Virus record (IMG/VR): IMGVR_UViG_3300021184_000001
Span: 1 to 34,853 of that record
Direction: 5' to 3' (one strand)
DNA from: a virus
DNA: 34,853 nt
The position numbers and the translations under genes were made by a program. The notes beneath the pieces were generated by a model. It saw only the letters and a program-made list of their open reading frames with translations, searched no databases and was not told the DNA's origin. Positions 8,844 to 17,490 of the stretch are shown in pieces (within the stretch, counting starts at the first letter, position 1; each line of letters starts with the position of its first letter).

Positions 8844-9194
8844 ATGAAGAACAAAACCCAGTACCGCCGGGTAGGGCCCCACCGGCTTCCGGTACCGTCT
8901 CCCTCCCCCGAACGCGCGCGCGCCGGAGTCTTGCTCGCCATGGCGTGCTACGGAGTTGTGGCCTGCGCCCTGATCGGCCTGATGTCGGTGCTCCCCGTGC
9001 TGCCCGGCGTGGGCGCCCTGTTCAATGTCATCGTTGTCGGCGCCATGTTGTGGGCAAACCTGGTCATCGCGTTGATCACTGGGCCTCGCGTGGTCAAGCA
9101 CGCACGCCGCTGGCACCAGGAGCCCTCTTACCGGCAGCTATGGGAACGTCGCGCAGCCGAAAGCGACGACACAGACCGTAAGGTGCCCTCATGA
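8844..9194 (+). CDS. 2-TM membrane protein
   Basis: Two hydrophobic segments. AAAGGA RBS. Confidence 0.7.
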   Translation: MKNKTQYRRVGPHRLPVPSPSPERARAGVLLAMACYGVVACALIGLMSVLPVLPGVGALFNVIVVGAMLWANLVIALITGPRVVKHARRWHQEPSYRQLWERRAAESDDTDRKVPS

Positions 9195-9610
9195 CCACAC
9201 GACTGGAAGGGCCGCACGTCACACCCGTGGTCGGCCACATCGTCGAGTTCGGCCGCTACGGCTACCTCTCCTGGGGACTGGTCGCCCCATCGCCTCCCGA
9301 GGACACCCTCCCCGGCGACGGCTTCCACTACCGGATGGTCATACCCCACGGCGACGAGGGCCCATGGGAGCCCACGTTCACGCGCACGGTCTCAGTCTGC
9401 CGCTGCATCCACGGCGAAACCGAGGAGCAGCAGGTGCGCCGGTACCTGTGGCGCACTCCTGACGGGCGCCGCTGGGAGCAGCACCGCATCGGATACGACG
9501 ACCACTGGCCGATGTGGGGCAGCGACCTGCTGTGGGCCCACGCCACCGCCGCGACCGCCGACTGCGGCCCGGTCGAGGACGTCTCCCACCTGCTGCACAC
9601 CGCACCCTGA
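9191..9610 (+). CDS. hypothetical protein
   Basis: ATGA coupling. Confidence 0.6.
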   Translation: MTTRLEGPHVTPVVGHIVEFGRYGYLSWGLVAPSPPEDTLPGDGFHYRMVIPHGDEGPWEPTFTRTVSVCRCIHGETEEQQVRRYLWRTPDGRRWEQHRIGYDDHWPMWGSDLLWAHATAATADCGPVEDVSHLLHTAP

Positions 9611-9644
9611 CACACCGATTCGGTATTCTCTCTACGCTGCGCAC

Positions 9645-10025
9645 ATGAACGACGACTTCAACACCCTTGCGCTCATCGCCGAGCTGACCAGCCCGTGCCG
9701 GTTCTGCGGGCTGCTGAATCGACCGATGTCCCTGGTTGCGGACTGCCTCCATGGCCGCTCTGATGAGGTCGGCATCGACCTGAGCGGCGACGGCTGGCGC
9801 CTGATGCTGCTCGGCAAGGAAATGACCGTGTACTGCGGGTACTGCGCCCGGATCGAAAGCTCGTGCCACAATGTGCCGCTGAAATCGTGGCGCCCCGACG
9901 AGATCGAGCGCAAGGCCGCCGCGCACGGTTGGACGGCCGGTGTGCTGATCGGTCGCTCCACCGTGTTCGACTACCTGGCGGTCTACACCGTGACCCCCGC
10001 TCCCTGCGACCACAGAAAGCAATGA
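9645..10025 (+). CDS. Cys-rich hypothetical protein
   Basis: CRFC and CGYC motifs. Confidence 0.5.
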   Translation: MNDDFNTLALIAELTSPCRFCGLLNRPMSLVADCLHGRSDEVGIDLSGDGWRLMLLGKEMTVYCGYCARIESSCHNVPLKSWRPDEIERKAAAHGWTAGVLIGRSTVFDYLAVYTVTPAPCDHRKQ

Positions 10026-10095
10026 ACGAATGATGTGTCAACCCAATGATCCCTCACTCCTCCCCCAGGGCAACCCGAAAGGCGGCAGCTGAACG

Positions 10096-10977
10096 ATGAA
10101 CCCGGACATCAAGGCCGCGCTGGAGCGCGAGGCGTATTTCAAGACCTTGGCCGACATGATCGTCGACTGGCAGTCCGACCCGAAAGCGTACGACTTGCGG
10201 CTGGTCGCCCACGAGATCCAGAAAGCCACCGGTCAGCAGGGACCGGGCAAACTCATGCCCGGCGACTTCATCGCCCTGCTGGGGCGGTGCAAGCGGCGCG
10301 GCGCGAATCCTCCTGAGCCCATCCCGCCGGTCAGTGCGATCCAGATGCGCCAGTCGTTCGAAGAGGAGCACCTCCTGCTGTCTGCGCAGCCGCTGTTCAA
10401 GCTGCCAGCGGCCTACCGGTGTTCACCGCCCTACGAGTGGGAGACGCTGGAGCCCTCCGAGCCTGGGGGCGCCACCGCCAGAACGGTCATTTTCGACTAC
10501 CCGGGTGCGCCGTTGCACGAGATCATGCGCATCGTGGCCGAGACGGGGATCGTGGCCGGGTCGAAGGGCAAGCGCATCTGGTACCGGCTGTACTTCACCG
10601 TGAACCGCTTCCCGGAGGTCGATGTGCAGATCCTCGCCGAGGGGGCGACCGGCGCTGAAGGGACGGCGCGGGCGCGGATCGGCAGGGTGCTGAACGCGTT
10701 CCTGCGGGAGCAGTGCGATGCACCGCCGCCCCTGGCACCGGAGAAAGACGTTGAGCCGGGGTGCACGTGGCACTACGTGGAGGTCGCGGTGCTGCTCAGC
10801 GAACGCGACGCCAAGGAGCTGAAGTCTAAGCACAACCGCGCGGAGATGTCGTTGGTGGTCACGCGGGCGCTGCAGCGGTACGCCGGGGAGCGGCGCAAGA
10901 TCCGTGCCGAGCGCGCGGAGGCGAAGAAGGCGCGGCAGGCCGCGAAAGCGCAACAAGCGGCAGCCCAAGACCGGTAG
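10096..10977 (+). CDS. hypothetical protein with basic coiled C-terminus
   Basis: 293-aa ORF with GC3-rich codons. No family recognised. Confidence 0.7.
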   Translation: MNPDIKAALEREAYFKTLADMIVDWQSDPKAYDLRLVAHEIQKATGQQGPGKLMPGDFIALLGRCKRRGANPPEPIPPVSAIQMRQSFEEEHLLLSAQPLFKLPAAYRCSPPYEWETLEPSEPGGATARTVIFDYPGAPLHEIMRIVAETGIVAGSKGKRIWYRLYFTVNRFPEVDVQILAEGATGAEGTARARIGRVLNAFLREQCDAPPPLAPEKDVEPGCTWHYVEVAVLLSERDAKELKSKHNRAEMSLVVTRALQRYAGERRKIRAERAEAKKARQAAKAQQAAAQDR

Positions 10978-11017
10978 CATTTGCTCCGGTTCGTACGGTT
11001 TGGGTGAGGTGGTGGTG

Positions 11018-11407
11018 ATGGACGCTGAGGCGACGATGCCTTCCGACGTCGACTCCCACGTGGGGTTCTTCGACCGGCTGGCCTCAACCGTAGCAGCGTT
11101 CGCTTCCCGGGCCTGGTTCTTCGGCCTGTGCCTCCTGCTGATCATCGTGTGGGCGCCCTCGATCGTGTGGTTCCCACTCGACACATGGCAGCTGATCATC
11201 AACACCGCTACCACCATCGTCACGTTCCTGCTCGTCGCACTGCTGCAAAACACCCAGACGCGCGCCGATGCGGCCGTGCAGCATAAACTCAACGCCATCG
11301 CCCAGGCACTCGCCGAGCTGATCGAGCAAGTCGACGGGGTCGACGCCGCCGACGCCGCCGCCGAGCTACGCCAGGGCGTCGGCCTCGAACAACGCGAAAG
11401 CGCCTGA
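11018..11407 (+). CDS. low-affinity iron permease (Fet4-like) small membrane protein
   Basis: FDRLAS...DTWQLIINTATTIVTFLLVALLQNTQTRADAAVQHKLNAI signature. Confidence 0.88.
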   Translation: MDAEATMPSDVDSHVGFFDRLASTVAAFASRAWFFGLCLLLIIVWAPSIVWFPLDTWQLIINTATTIVTFLLVALLQNTQTRADAAVQHKLNAIAQALAELIEQVDGVDAADAAAELRQGVGLEQRESA

Positions 11408-11427
11408 CTACGACGTCGAAGGAGACC

Positions 11428-11706
11428 GTGATGGCTCGCGACCTTTGGGGCGGCTACGGCCCTCCCGCCGATGCGCCCCAGTGGCGGAGTGTCGCCGAAT
11501 GGCTCGAATGCGAATCCCTGCACGGGCGCCTGTTCGACGACCTTCCCGACGGCGACCTGTCCCGGTGGGCCCTCATCGACACCGTCACCGACGCGATCAT
11601 GAAGGCCGCCGACGATATCGAGAGCGGCCACACACGTGAAGCCTGCTGCTACGACCGCCAGCGCCGCAACCGGCTGGCGCTGGAGTCGCGGCAGGGGACA
11701 TCATGA
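11428..11706 (+). CDS. hypothetical protein
   Basis: AAGGAG RBS, coupled stop. Confidence 0.6.
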   Translation: MMARDLWGGYGPPADAPQWRSVAEWLECESLHGRLFDDLPDGDLSRWALIDTVTDAIMKAADDIESGHTREACCYDRQRRNRLALESRQGTS

Positions 11707-12296
11707 ACGGGGGCTGGCCTGAGGAGATCACGGTGCTGCTGGCCGTGGCCGAAGGCGGCGCGGATGATCCACTGGAGGCCTACGTCGATCCTGAGGCAGC
11801 TGCTGCCGCAGCCGAGGACTACAACACACAATGGTCGATTCGGATGTGGGAGACCAACTGGCAGTACACCCGAAGGGTGCGCCTGGTGCCTCCCACCGGA
11901 CCGGTCTCATTACCGCGCGGAGCGTTATCGCATGTCCACCCTTCCTTTCGATTTTCCCAACGACGCGCCGCTACCCGATGGCAGGCCTCGGTGCGAGGCC
12001 GCTCATGCGGGCAAGCGCTGCAAGCGCCAGCAGGGGCACGAGCACAGCAAGGTGCGCAGTCCGCGCCACCACATCGCGGCCGATGGGTCGCGGTGGACGG
12101 TTGGCCGCAAGTCGGGGCTGGCGCAACCGGTGCACAAGTGCGACGCTGTCTACGACGTCTACCGGTGCGACCGGTGGCCGCATATCGGCTACCACGGCGC
12201 GCAGCTGCGCAGCGAGACCGGCGACGTAACGCGCAGCGAACGCATCGAGTGGATCGGCACTGGCGCGGGCGCGGCGGCGCGGGCGCGCCCGGATGA
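11703..12296 (+). CDS. hypothetical protein (first ~75 aa credible; tail overlaps next gene)
   Basis: ATGA coupling, acidic N-terminal part. Confidence 0.4.
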   Translation: MNGGWPEEITVLLAVAEGGADDPLEAYVDPEAAAAAAEDYNTQWSIRMWETNWQYTRRVRLVPPTGPVSLPRGALSHVHPSFRFSQRRAATRWQASVRGRSCGQALQAPAGARAQQGAQSAPPHRGRWVAVDGWPQVGAGATGAQVRRCLRRLPVRPVAAYRLPRRAAAQRDRRRNAQRTHRVDRHWRGRGGAGAPG

Positions 12297-12351
12297 TTTC
12301 CCGAGCGAGGGCGGCTCCCTCGCACTCCCCCAGAACGGAGCCACGCGATGA
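11932..12351 (+). CDS. protein with two C..C..H..H micro-domains
   Basis: RCEAAHAGKRCKRQQGH...HH....W and KCDAVYDVYRCDRWPHIGYH...W. GGAG RBS. Confidence 0.6.
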   Translation: MSTLPFDFPNDAPLPDGRPRCEAAHAGKRCKRQQGHEHSKVRSPRHHIAADGSRWTVGRKSGLAQPVHKCDAVYDVYRCDRWPHIGYHGAQLRSETGDVTRSERIEWIGTGAGAAARARPDDFPSEGGSLALPQNGATR

Positions 12352-12581
12352 AATCCATACCCCCCATGTGGGCCTTGCAGATCCAGTTCGGTCCGATGAT
12401 CCTGGCCGAGGCGATCAGCTCCTGCGCGCTGGATGGTTCCACGGTGGTGCTGGGGCCGTTGTCGACCACGCGGCCGGAGTCCACTCACTGGTGGCACTTC
12501 AAGAGCTGCCGGATCGAGGCCAGCGGCAACTGCACGTGCGGCATGGCGCAACCCACCAAGAAACGAGCATGGACATGCTGA
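12348..12581 (+). CDS. small Cys/His-containing hypothetical protein
   Basis: ATGA coupling. HFKSC......CTC. Confidence 0.45.
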   Translation: MKSIPPMWALQIQFGPMILAEAISSCALDGSTVVLGPLSTTRPESTHWWHFKSCRIEASGNCTCGMAQPTKKRAWTC

Positions 12582-13105
12582 AAGACCATTTGCCGAATCG
12601 GCTCTCAGAGGAGCAACTGGAAGCGATCGATGGGCGTTCCGCGCGGGCATACGCAGGGGGTGCCGATCACTACCGGGTCGAGTCGTCCCGGGATGTGCCG
12701 CAACTGCTGGCGCACATCGCGGCGTTGGAGCTGACCATCGAGCTGGCCGAGAAGCGGCTGCAGGCCGGGAAGGCCTCAGATGGCTTCCACACTCACAACG
12801 AGCTCTACGAATCCCGGCTGCTGCTGCATGCACACGCGACGGCCGCGTGGCTGGCGCACGGGTGGGAGGTAGTCAAGTCGCGCTGCCACCACGACGGCGA
12901 GCCCTGCTTCGGCGGCGAGTACTTCATCGTCGTCGCCCAGCTGCCGACCGGGCAGATCAGCTTCCACTACCCCAACGCCGACTGGGACCTGTTCGCGGTG
13001 CCCGAGGTGTTGCTGCCCCCCGTATGGGACGGCCACTCCCCGGCCGAGGCGGCTCAGCGCCTGCGCGACGCACTGCCGCTGGCGCCCGATCCGGAAGGAG
13101 CCTGA
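12569..13105 (+). CDS. conserved phage-type protein with C-terminal WDGH motif domain
   Basis: SDGFHTHNELY..R...KSRCHHDGE...FIVVAQLPTGQISFHY...WDLF......WDGHS. Confidence 0.8.
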   Translation: MDMLKDHLPNRLSEEQLEAIDGRSARAYAGGADHYRVESSRDVPQLLAHIAALELTIELAEKRLQAGKASDGFHTHNELYESRLLLHAHATAAWLAHGWEVVKSRCHHDGEPCFGGEYFIVVAQLPTGQISFHYPNADWDLFAVPEVLLPPVWDGHSPAEAAQRLRDALPLAPDPEGA

Positions 13106-13109
13106 GCGC

Positions 13110-13472
13110 ATGCCGAAGCAACCTGAAGAGGAATGGCGCGCGGTCGAGGAGATCGATCTGCTCATCGGCGTGGGCGACGACCGGCTGCAGCTGGGGTTCA
13201 CCGGCACGGTCGAGGCCAAGAACGAGGCCCGGCGCATCATGGTCGCCATCGTCGATGAACCGGGGCAGCCTCTGGAGGTCGTTGCCCGCTGGCGCGATGG
13301 CGTTCCGGCGTCGGTGCGCGTGTTCGCCAAGCGGTTCGAAGCCGATCAGTGCCAGGTCATCGAACGGCAGCTGATCGAGTACGTCCGTGGTGTGCGGCCG
13401 GGCAAGATCGATTGGGAGAAGGCGCCCGTTCCCCGGTTCGACCGGAACGAACTGCCCCCTGCAACCACCTGA
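13110..13472 (+). CDS. hypothetical protein
   Basis: AAGGAG RBS. No HAMP or HATPase motifs. Confidence 0.65.
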   Translation: MPKQPEEEWRAVEEIDLLIGVGDDRLQLGFTGTVEAKNEARRIMVAIVDEPGQPLEVVARWRDGVPASVRVFAKRFEADQCQVIERQLIEYVRGVRPGKIDWEKAPVPRFDRNELPPATT

Positions 13473-13517
13473 TTTTTCAACCACCTCATCCATATCAATC
13501 AATTCAAGGAGACTCCC

Positions 13518-13940
13518 GTGTCCGACCGTCCCTACACCGTTCCCCTCATCGACGGCACCGACCTGACCGTGCGGCTGCAGCAGATGCTCACCGAAATCCG
13601 GCACTCGCAGGGCGCGATGCTGCTGTCCTCGGACGGCATCACCCGGTGCGTCCTCGGCCTGGGCGCCGAGCAGGCCGACCAGCTCGCTGCCACGGCCTCG
13701 GGCCTGTTCTCTCTGGCGCGCAGCGCTGGAATCGTGGCGAAGTCGCCCGGCGCCGTCCGCCAGGTCCTGGTCGAATTGGAAAACGATCTGCTGTTCATCT
13801 CCTCGGCCGGGATGGGCACCGTCCTGGCCGTGGTCACCACGCGCGAGGCCGACGCCGCGCTGGTCGGGTTCGAGACGCAGAAGTTCGTCGCCAGCGTCCG
13901 ATCCTTCCTTCCCACCCCTGAGCGCCTCGCCACGGAGTGA
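13518..13940 (+). CDS. Roadblock/LC7 domain protein (conservon CvnB-like)
   Basis: AMLLSSDG...ADQLAATASGLFSLARSAG...VRQVLVELE..LLFISSAG.GTVLAVVT..EAD..LVGFE. Confidence 0.93.
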   Translation: MSDRPYTVPLIDGTDLTVRLQQMLTEIRHSQGAMLLSSDGITRCVLGLGAEQADQLAATASGLFSLARSAGIVAKSPGAVRQVLVELENDLLFISSAGMGTVLAVVTTREADAALVGFETQKFVASVRSFLPTPERLATE

Positions 13941-13947
13941 AGACGCC

Positions 13948-14322
13948 ATGAGCGCCGACATCGACGGCCCGATCCGTGACAGTCCCCTGGGGCGCCCCTA
14001 CACCGCTACGGCGGGGCGCACTAAGGCGAGCGTGAAACTCGACATCACCACGATGGTCGCCACGGTCGGGGGGGCGCGGTTCGCCGACGGCGTCGGTGAA
14101 CTCGGCGGTGAGCACAGCGAAGTGCTGCTGCTGTGCCGCTCCGAGCCGATGTCGGTCGCGGAGGTGTCCGCTCACCTGCATCTGCCCCGCTCAGTTGTTA
14201 AAGTACTGGTGTCCGATCTGATCAAAGCCGGTGCGGTGCAAGCGCGTTCGCCGCAGCTGACCGATGCCGCCGACGTGGAGATGCTGGAGGCCCTGCTTGC
14301 AGGGCTCCAGCGCCGCCTCTGA
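13948..14322 (+). CDS. DUF742 protein (conservon CvnC-like)
   Basis: RPYTATAGRT...LDITTMV...LLLCR..PMSVAEVSAHLHLP..VVKVLVSDL...MLEALLAGL. Confidence 0.93.
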   Translation: MSADIDGPIRDSPLGRPYTATAGRTKASVKLDITTMVATVGGARFADGVGELGGEHSEVLLLCRSEPMSVAEVSAHLHLPRSVVKVLVSDLIKAGAVQARSPQLTDAADVEMLEALLAGLQRRL

Positions 14323-14358
14323 CCCCACACACCCCACCCACCCTGTTAGGAGCGCATC

Positions 14359-14934
14359 ATGACCGACCCGAAACGATCCAAGGGCGAGTTCCGTTCGATG
14401 GCACCCGAGGACCCCAACGGCGCTGAACGCGCTGCGCTGCAGACCCAGCTCGGGCTGCGACCCGAAGCCGACGAGGAGTACGACGGGGTCGCCGAGCAGA
14501 TGCTCGCCGAATTTGACGCCATGATGGGAGAGGGCCACGCCATGGAGGTTGGCGTGAACCTCGTGATGCCCGGTTGCGAGCAGTACTTCATCGGTCTGGC
14601 CAAGCGAGCCGACCTCGGCCCGATCACCGAAGCCGATCGGACGATGACCGGCAAGATGGGCTACTGCGGCATCGTGGTGACCGAACGGCGGCGCCCGCTG
14701 GCGATCAACACGAACGACCATCCCCGATACTCCACGAACATCGTCGCTATCGAGTTCGGCGTCCGCTCCTACCTCGGTGAGGAGGTCTGCGCCCCGAACG
14801 GCGACGTCGTCTTGACCGTGTGGGTCATCAGCGACGTTGAGCACGAATGGAAGCAGCCTCACCTCGAATGGATCAAGGGCTGGGCCCGCAAGGTGGAGGC
14901 CCGTGTCGCTGAACGCGCCGGTCTGACCGGCTGA
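14359..14934 (+). CDS. GAF domain protein (conservon CvnF-like)
   Basis: VNLV....QYFIGL...RTM....GYC..VV..RRPLAI...DHPRY..N.V..EFGVRSYLG.....NG.V..TVWV...EHEW. Confidence 0.85.
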   Translation: MTDPKRSKGEFRSMAPEDPNGAERAALQTQLGLRPEADEEYDGVAEQMLAEFDAMMGEGHAMEVGVNLVMPGCEQYFIGLAKRADLGPITEADRTMTGKMGYCGIVVTERRRPLAINTNDHPRYSTNIVAIEFGVRSYLGEEVCAPNGDVVLTVWVISDVEHEWKQPHLEWIKGWARKVEARVAERAGLTG

Positions 14935-14960
14935 CCGCGCCTACAACATCGATTCGACCA

Positions 14961-14990
14961 CGGCTCCGGACGCCACGGCGTCCGGAGCCG
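14961..14990 (+). terminator. hairpin, putative terminator of the Roadblock-DUF742-GAF unit
   Basis: CGGCTCCGGACGCC-AC-GGCGTCCGGAGCCG perfect inverted repeat. Confidence 0.75.
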
Positions 14991-15021
14991 TTCCCCCGTC
15001 ACCGACTAGCAGGGAGTAACC

Positions 15022-15378
15022 ATGCGTGCACGCGACTCCAGAAACCCGAAGGTCACCGGCGCGGCCGTGGCCGTGCTGTGGCTGCTGCGCCACGACTACC
15101 ACCACGGCGGCGTGCCGTTCCGAAGTGCTCGGGACCTCACTGACGACCTTACCGGCATCAGTCAGTCCGGCGTTCGGTACGCCGTCTCTATTCTGGTGCG
15201 GCACAAGCTGGCCGTGCACACGGGGTTCGACGCCGCCCGCAAGAACATCGCGGTCTGGGAGTTCAACCCCGAATCTGAAACCCTCGCGAAGACGATCATC
15301 GACGCCCACCACGGGCAGTTGACCGAGCAGGTCCCGCTCTACCGCGACGTCCACGGTACGGCAGCCTCGGCGTCGTAG
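15022..15378 (+). CDS. winged-helix DNA-binding protein
   Basis: VLWLLR...SARDLTDDLTGISQSGVRYAVSILVRHKL. GGGAG RBS. Confidence 0.6.
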   Translation: MRARDSRNPKVTGAAVAVLWLLRHDYHHGGVPFRSARDLTDDLTGISQSGVRYAVSILVRHKLAVHTGFDAARKNIAVWEFNPESETLAKTIIDAHHGQLTEQVPLYRDVHGTAASAS

Positions 15379-15398
15379 GCGTCGGCAACAATGTCAGC

Positions 15399-15806
15399 AT
15401 GACCGTTATCGAGGGGGCCTGGCGGCAATCCCCCGACTGGGGCCCCTGGAGCCGCCAGATCCGCGCCACCCACCTGGACCTGTCCTGCGGCGTCTGCGAT
15501 TTCGCCGGGCCGCTCCTGCAGTGCTTCGGAACCACCGTCGCCCCGGCACGGACCGGGCGGCGTGTGGTAAGCCCCTCGCGGATTGCCGACGGCAAGCGGC
15601 TAAAGTCCGTTCCCCACCACTACCCGGCCCATCCGGTCCGCACCCATTGCGCCGTCCGCTGCCAGGCCTGCGGTGACCAGGTGGTCTACCGGATGGACAC
15701 CCCCCAGTGGAAGGAGCTGGACGACGCTGAAGTGGTGTCCCCTCCTGCACCTCGGCCCGCGCGGTGCTGCGAGCACGACTGCGCCCACACCTACAGCCCC
15801 GATTGA
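15399..15806 (+). CDS. Zn-ribbon-like protein, paralog of 4346..4732
   Basis: HLDLSCGVCDFAGPLL...THCAVRCQACGDQVVY. Confidence 0.7.
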   Translation: MTVIEGAWRQSPDWGPWSRQIRATHLDLSCGVCDFAGPLLQCFGTTVAPARTGRRVVSPSRIADGKRLKSVPHHYPAHPVRTHCAVRCQACGDQVVYRMDTPQWKELDDAEVVSPPAPRPARCCEHDCAHTYSPD

Positions 15807-15816
15807 GAGGAACCCC

Positions 15817-16074
15817 GTGGACCACCCCATCACCACGCGCACGAAGAACATCACCACTTCCCGTTCCGGGCAGCCCACCGTCCACGCCGGGTTCGAGGAC
15901 CAGTGGCCCAACGGCGCCGCGAAGGGTTGGCCGCTGCGCGCCCAGTACATGCTCTGCCGCAGCGCCAAAGTCCGCAGGACCGGCACCTACTTCGACGAGG
16001 TCGAGAAGCCGGTGGACTGCGTCCACTGCCTGCGCCGACTCGCGCAGGCCGCTGCTGAAAACGACTACCGGTAA
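15817..16074 (+). CDS. small Zn-finger-like protein
   Basis: GAGAGG RBS. VH...LC...VDCVHC. Confidence 0.6.
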   Translation: MDHPITTRTKNITTSRSGQPTVHAGFEDQWPNGAAKGWPLRAQYMLCRSAKVRRTGTYFDEVEKPVDCVHCLRRLAQAAAENDYR

Positions 16075-16083
16075 CTGTTCCCG

Positions 16084-16464
16084 ATGACAGAAAGCGAGAC
16101 TCTCATGGCAGACAACGCATTGGCGCGGAGCTGGCGCAAGGCCACCGAGGCCCGTCGTGCCGCGATCGAAGCGCTCGGCCTCCCCGTCACCCACTGCTTG
16201 CCCGGCGAGATCAACGACTGCGGCAAAGACGACCTGCAGCACTTCGCGGCCTACACGGCAACGCTGATGGCGCAGACGCAGTGGGACATGTACGCCCTGT
16301 CCCACGCCTGCCCTGGCCAGGGCGCCGACGCATTCCTCGCCGAGCTGTTCGCGCACCAGTGCTGCCTGACCCAGCCCGAACGGCTCGCGCACATCGAGCT
16401 GCCACTGTACGACCAGTTCGCGATCCTGCTGGGGGCGGTCAATGAGCACCTCAGCGAACAGTGA
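16084..16464 (+). CDS. hypothetical protein
   Basis: Position in coupled array, codon bias. Confidence 0.6.
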   Translation: MTESETLMADNALARSWRKATEARRAAIEALGLPVTHCLPGEINDCGKDDLQHFAAYTATLMAQTQWDMYALSHACPGQGADAFLAELFAHQCCLTQPERLAHIELPLYDQFAILLGAVNEHLSEQ

Positions 16465-16828
16465 CGCCTCGGCGCAGTGGCGGACGCTGCTGGAGGGGGC
16501 ACTGCGCGCGGGGATTATCCTCAGGCGTGGGTACTGCGACAGCAGGATCGCCTCTGAGACGACGTACTACTCCCTGATCCGGCGCGGCGTCGCCGACACG
16601 CCTTACCTCGGCAGCGTCGTGTGCGCGCGGACGTACAACAGGCCGCTGTGGTCGTCGAGTGCGGCCCTGGTGGAGGAGCGGTGGACAGTGACGTTCAACT
16701 ACACGCCCATGGCCACACCCGGTGGCATGGACCTGTTCGTCGTCGATGTGCTCGACCCGACGCCCGAGCGCGTGTGCGCCGGTGCGCATCTGGTCGGGCT
16801 CGCCAACATGCCAGCGGTACCGCAATGA
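16442..16828 (+). CDS. hypothetical protein
   Basis: Overlapping start, fills the gap. Confidence 0.55.
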   Translation: MSTSANSDASAQWRTLLEGALRAGIILRRGYCDSRIASETTYYSLIRRGVADTPYLGSVVCARTYNRPLWSSSAALVEERWTVTFNYTPMATPGGMDLFVVDVLDPTPERVCAGAHLVGLANMPAVPQ

Positions 16829-16843
16829 TCATCGAGAAAGGCC

Positions 16844-17269
16844 ATGATGTTCCACAGCAACGACAACGACCGGATCTTTGAGCGGACGATGCAGGAAACT
16901 GAAGACGAGTTCGACGAGATCGAACGCAACACCCTCGAAGAGGTGCTCCGTGAACAGCGGCGCCAGAGCCCGGTGACGTGGGTCTTCCACGTTATCCGTG
17001 GGTTCGGCCAAGCGCTCATCTTCCTGGGGGCGTACTACCTGCTCAACCTCCTGTTCCTGCTGGGGGGACCGGTTCCCAGCGACGCGGACGTCACACCTGA
17101 GGAGCTGCAGGCGGCGGTCGGGGGGCGACTGATCATGTTCGCCACGTTCTGGGCCGGGGCGGTGGCCGCGAACTGGTGGATGGAGCGGCGCAACATTCGA
17201 CGCGCCCAGGCGGCGCGGCGACGTCGTCTGGCCGCTGAGCAGCAGGCCCGACGGGAAGTGGGGTTCTGA
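16844..17269 (+). CDS. 2-TM membrane protein
   Basis: Two hydrophobic segments, basic tail. GAAAGG RBS. Confidence 0.7.
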   Translation: MMFHSNDNDRIFERTMQETEDEFDEIERNTLEEVLREQRRQSPVTWVFHVIRGFGQALIFLGAYYLLNLLFLLGGPVPSDADVTPEELQAAVGGRLIMFATFWAGAVAANWWMERRNIRRAQAARRRRLAAEQQARREVGF

Positions 17270-17490
17270 TGGGGTACTACCGCAGGCGCCGCGCCGTCAC
17301 CGAGTTCCTCATGGAGGAGGCCTTGGAGTTCGTACTCAAGGTGGTGGTGGCGACAGCGCTGACCTTCGTGCTGTGGTGGATCGACGAGCCCCTGTTCGGG
17401 GCGGCGCTGCCGCTCTGGCTGTGCGCCGTCACCTGCTTCGTGGTCGTCTTCCTCGGCTGGTACTTCTACTCGGAGTACGTCGATGATTGA
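17269..17490 (+). CDS. small 2-TM membrane protein
   Basis: TGATG coupling, two TM segments. Confidence 0.7.
   Translation: MGYYRRRRAVTEFLMEEALEFVLKVVVATALTFVLWWIDEPLFGAALPLWLCAVTCFVVVFLGWYFYSEYVDD

Noticed and set aside
13110-13472. Remnant cvnA sensor kinase
   Set aside because: No TM, HAMP or HATPase (N, DxGxG) motifs.
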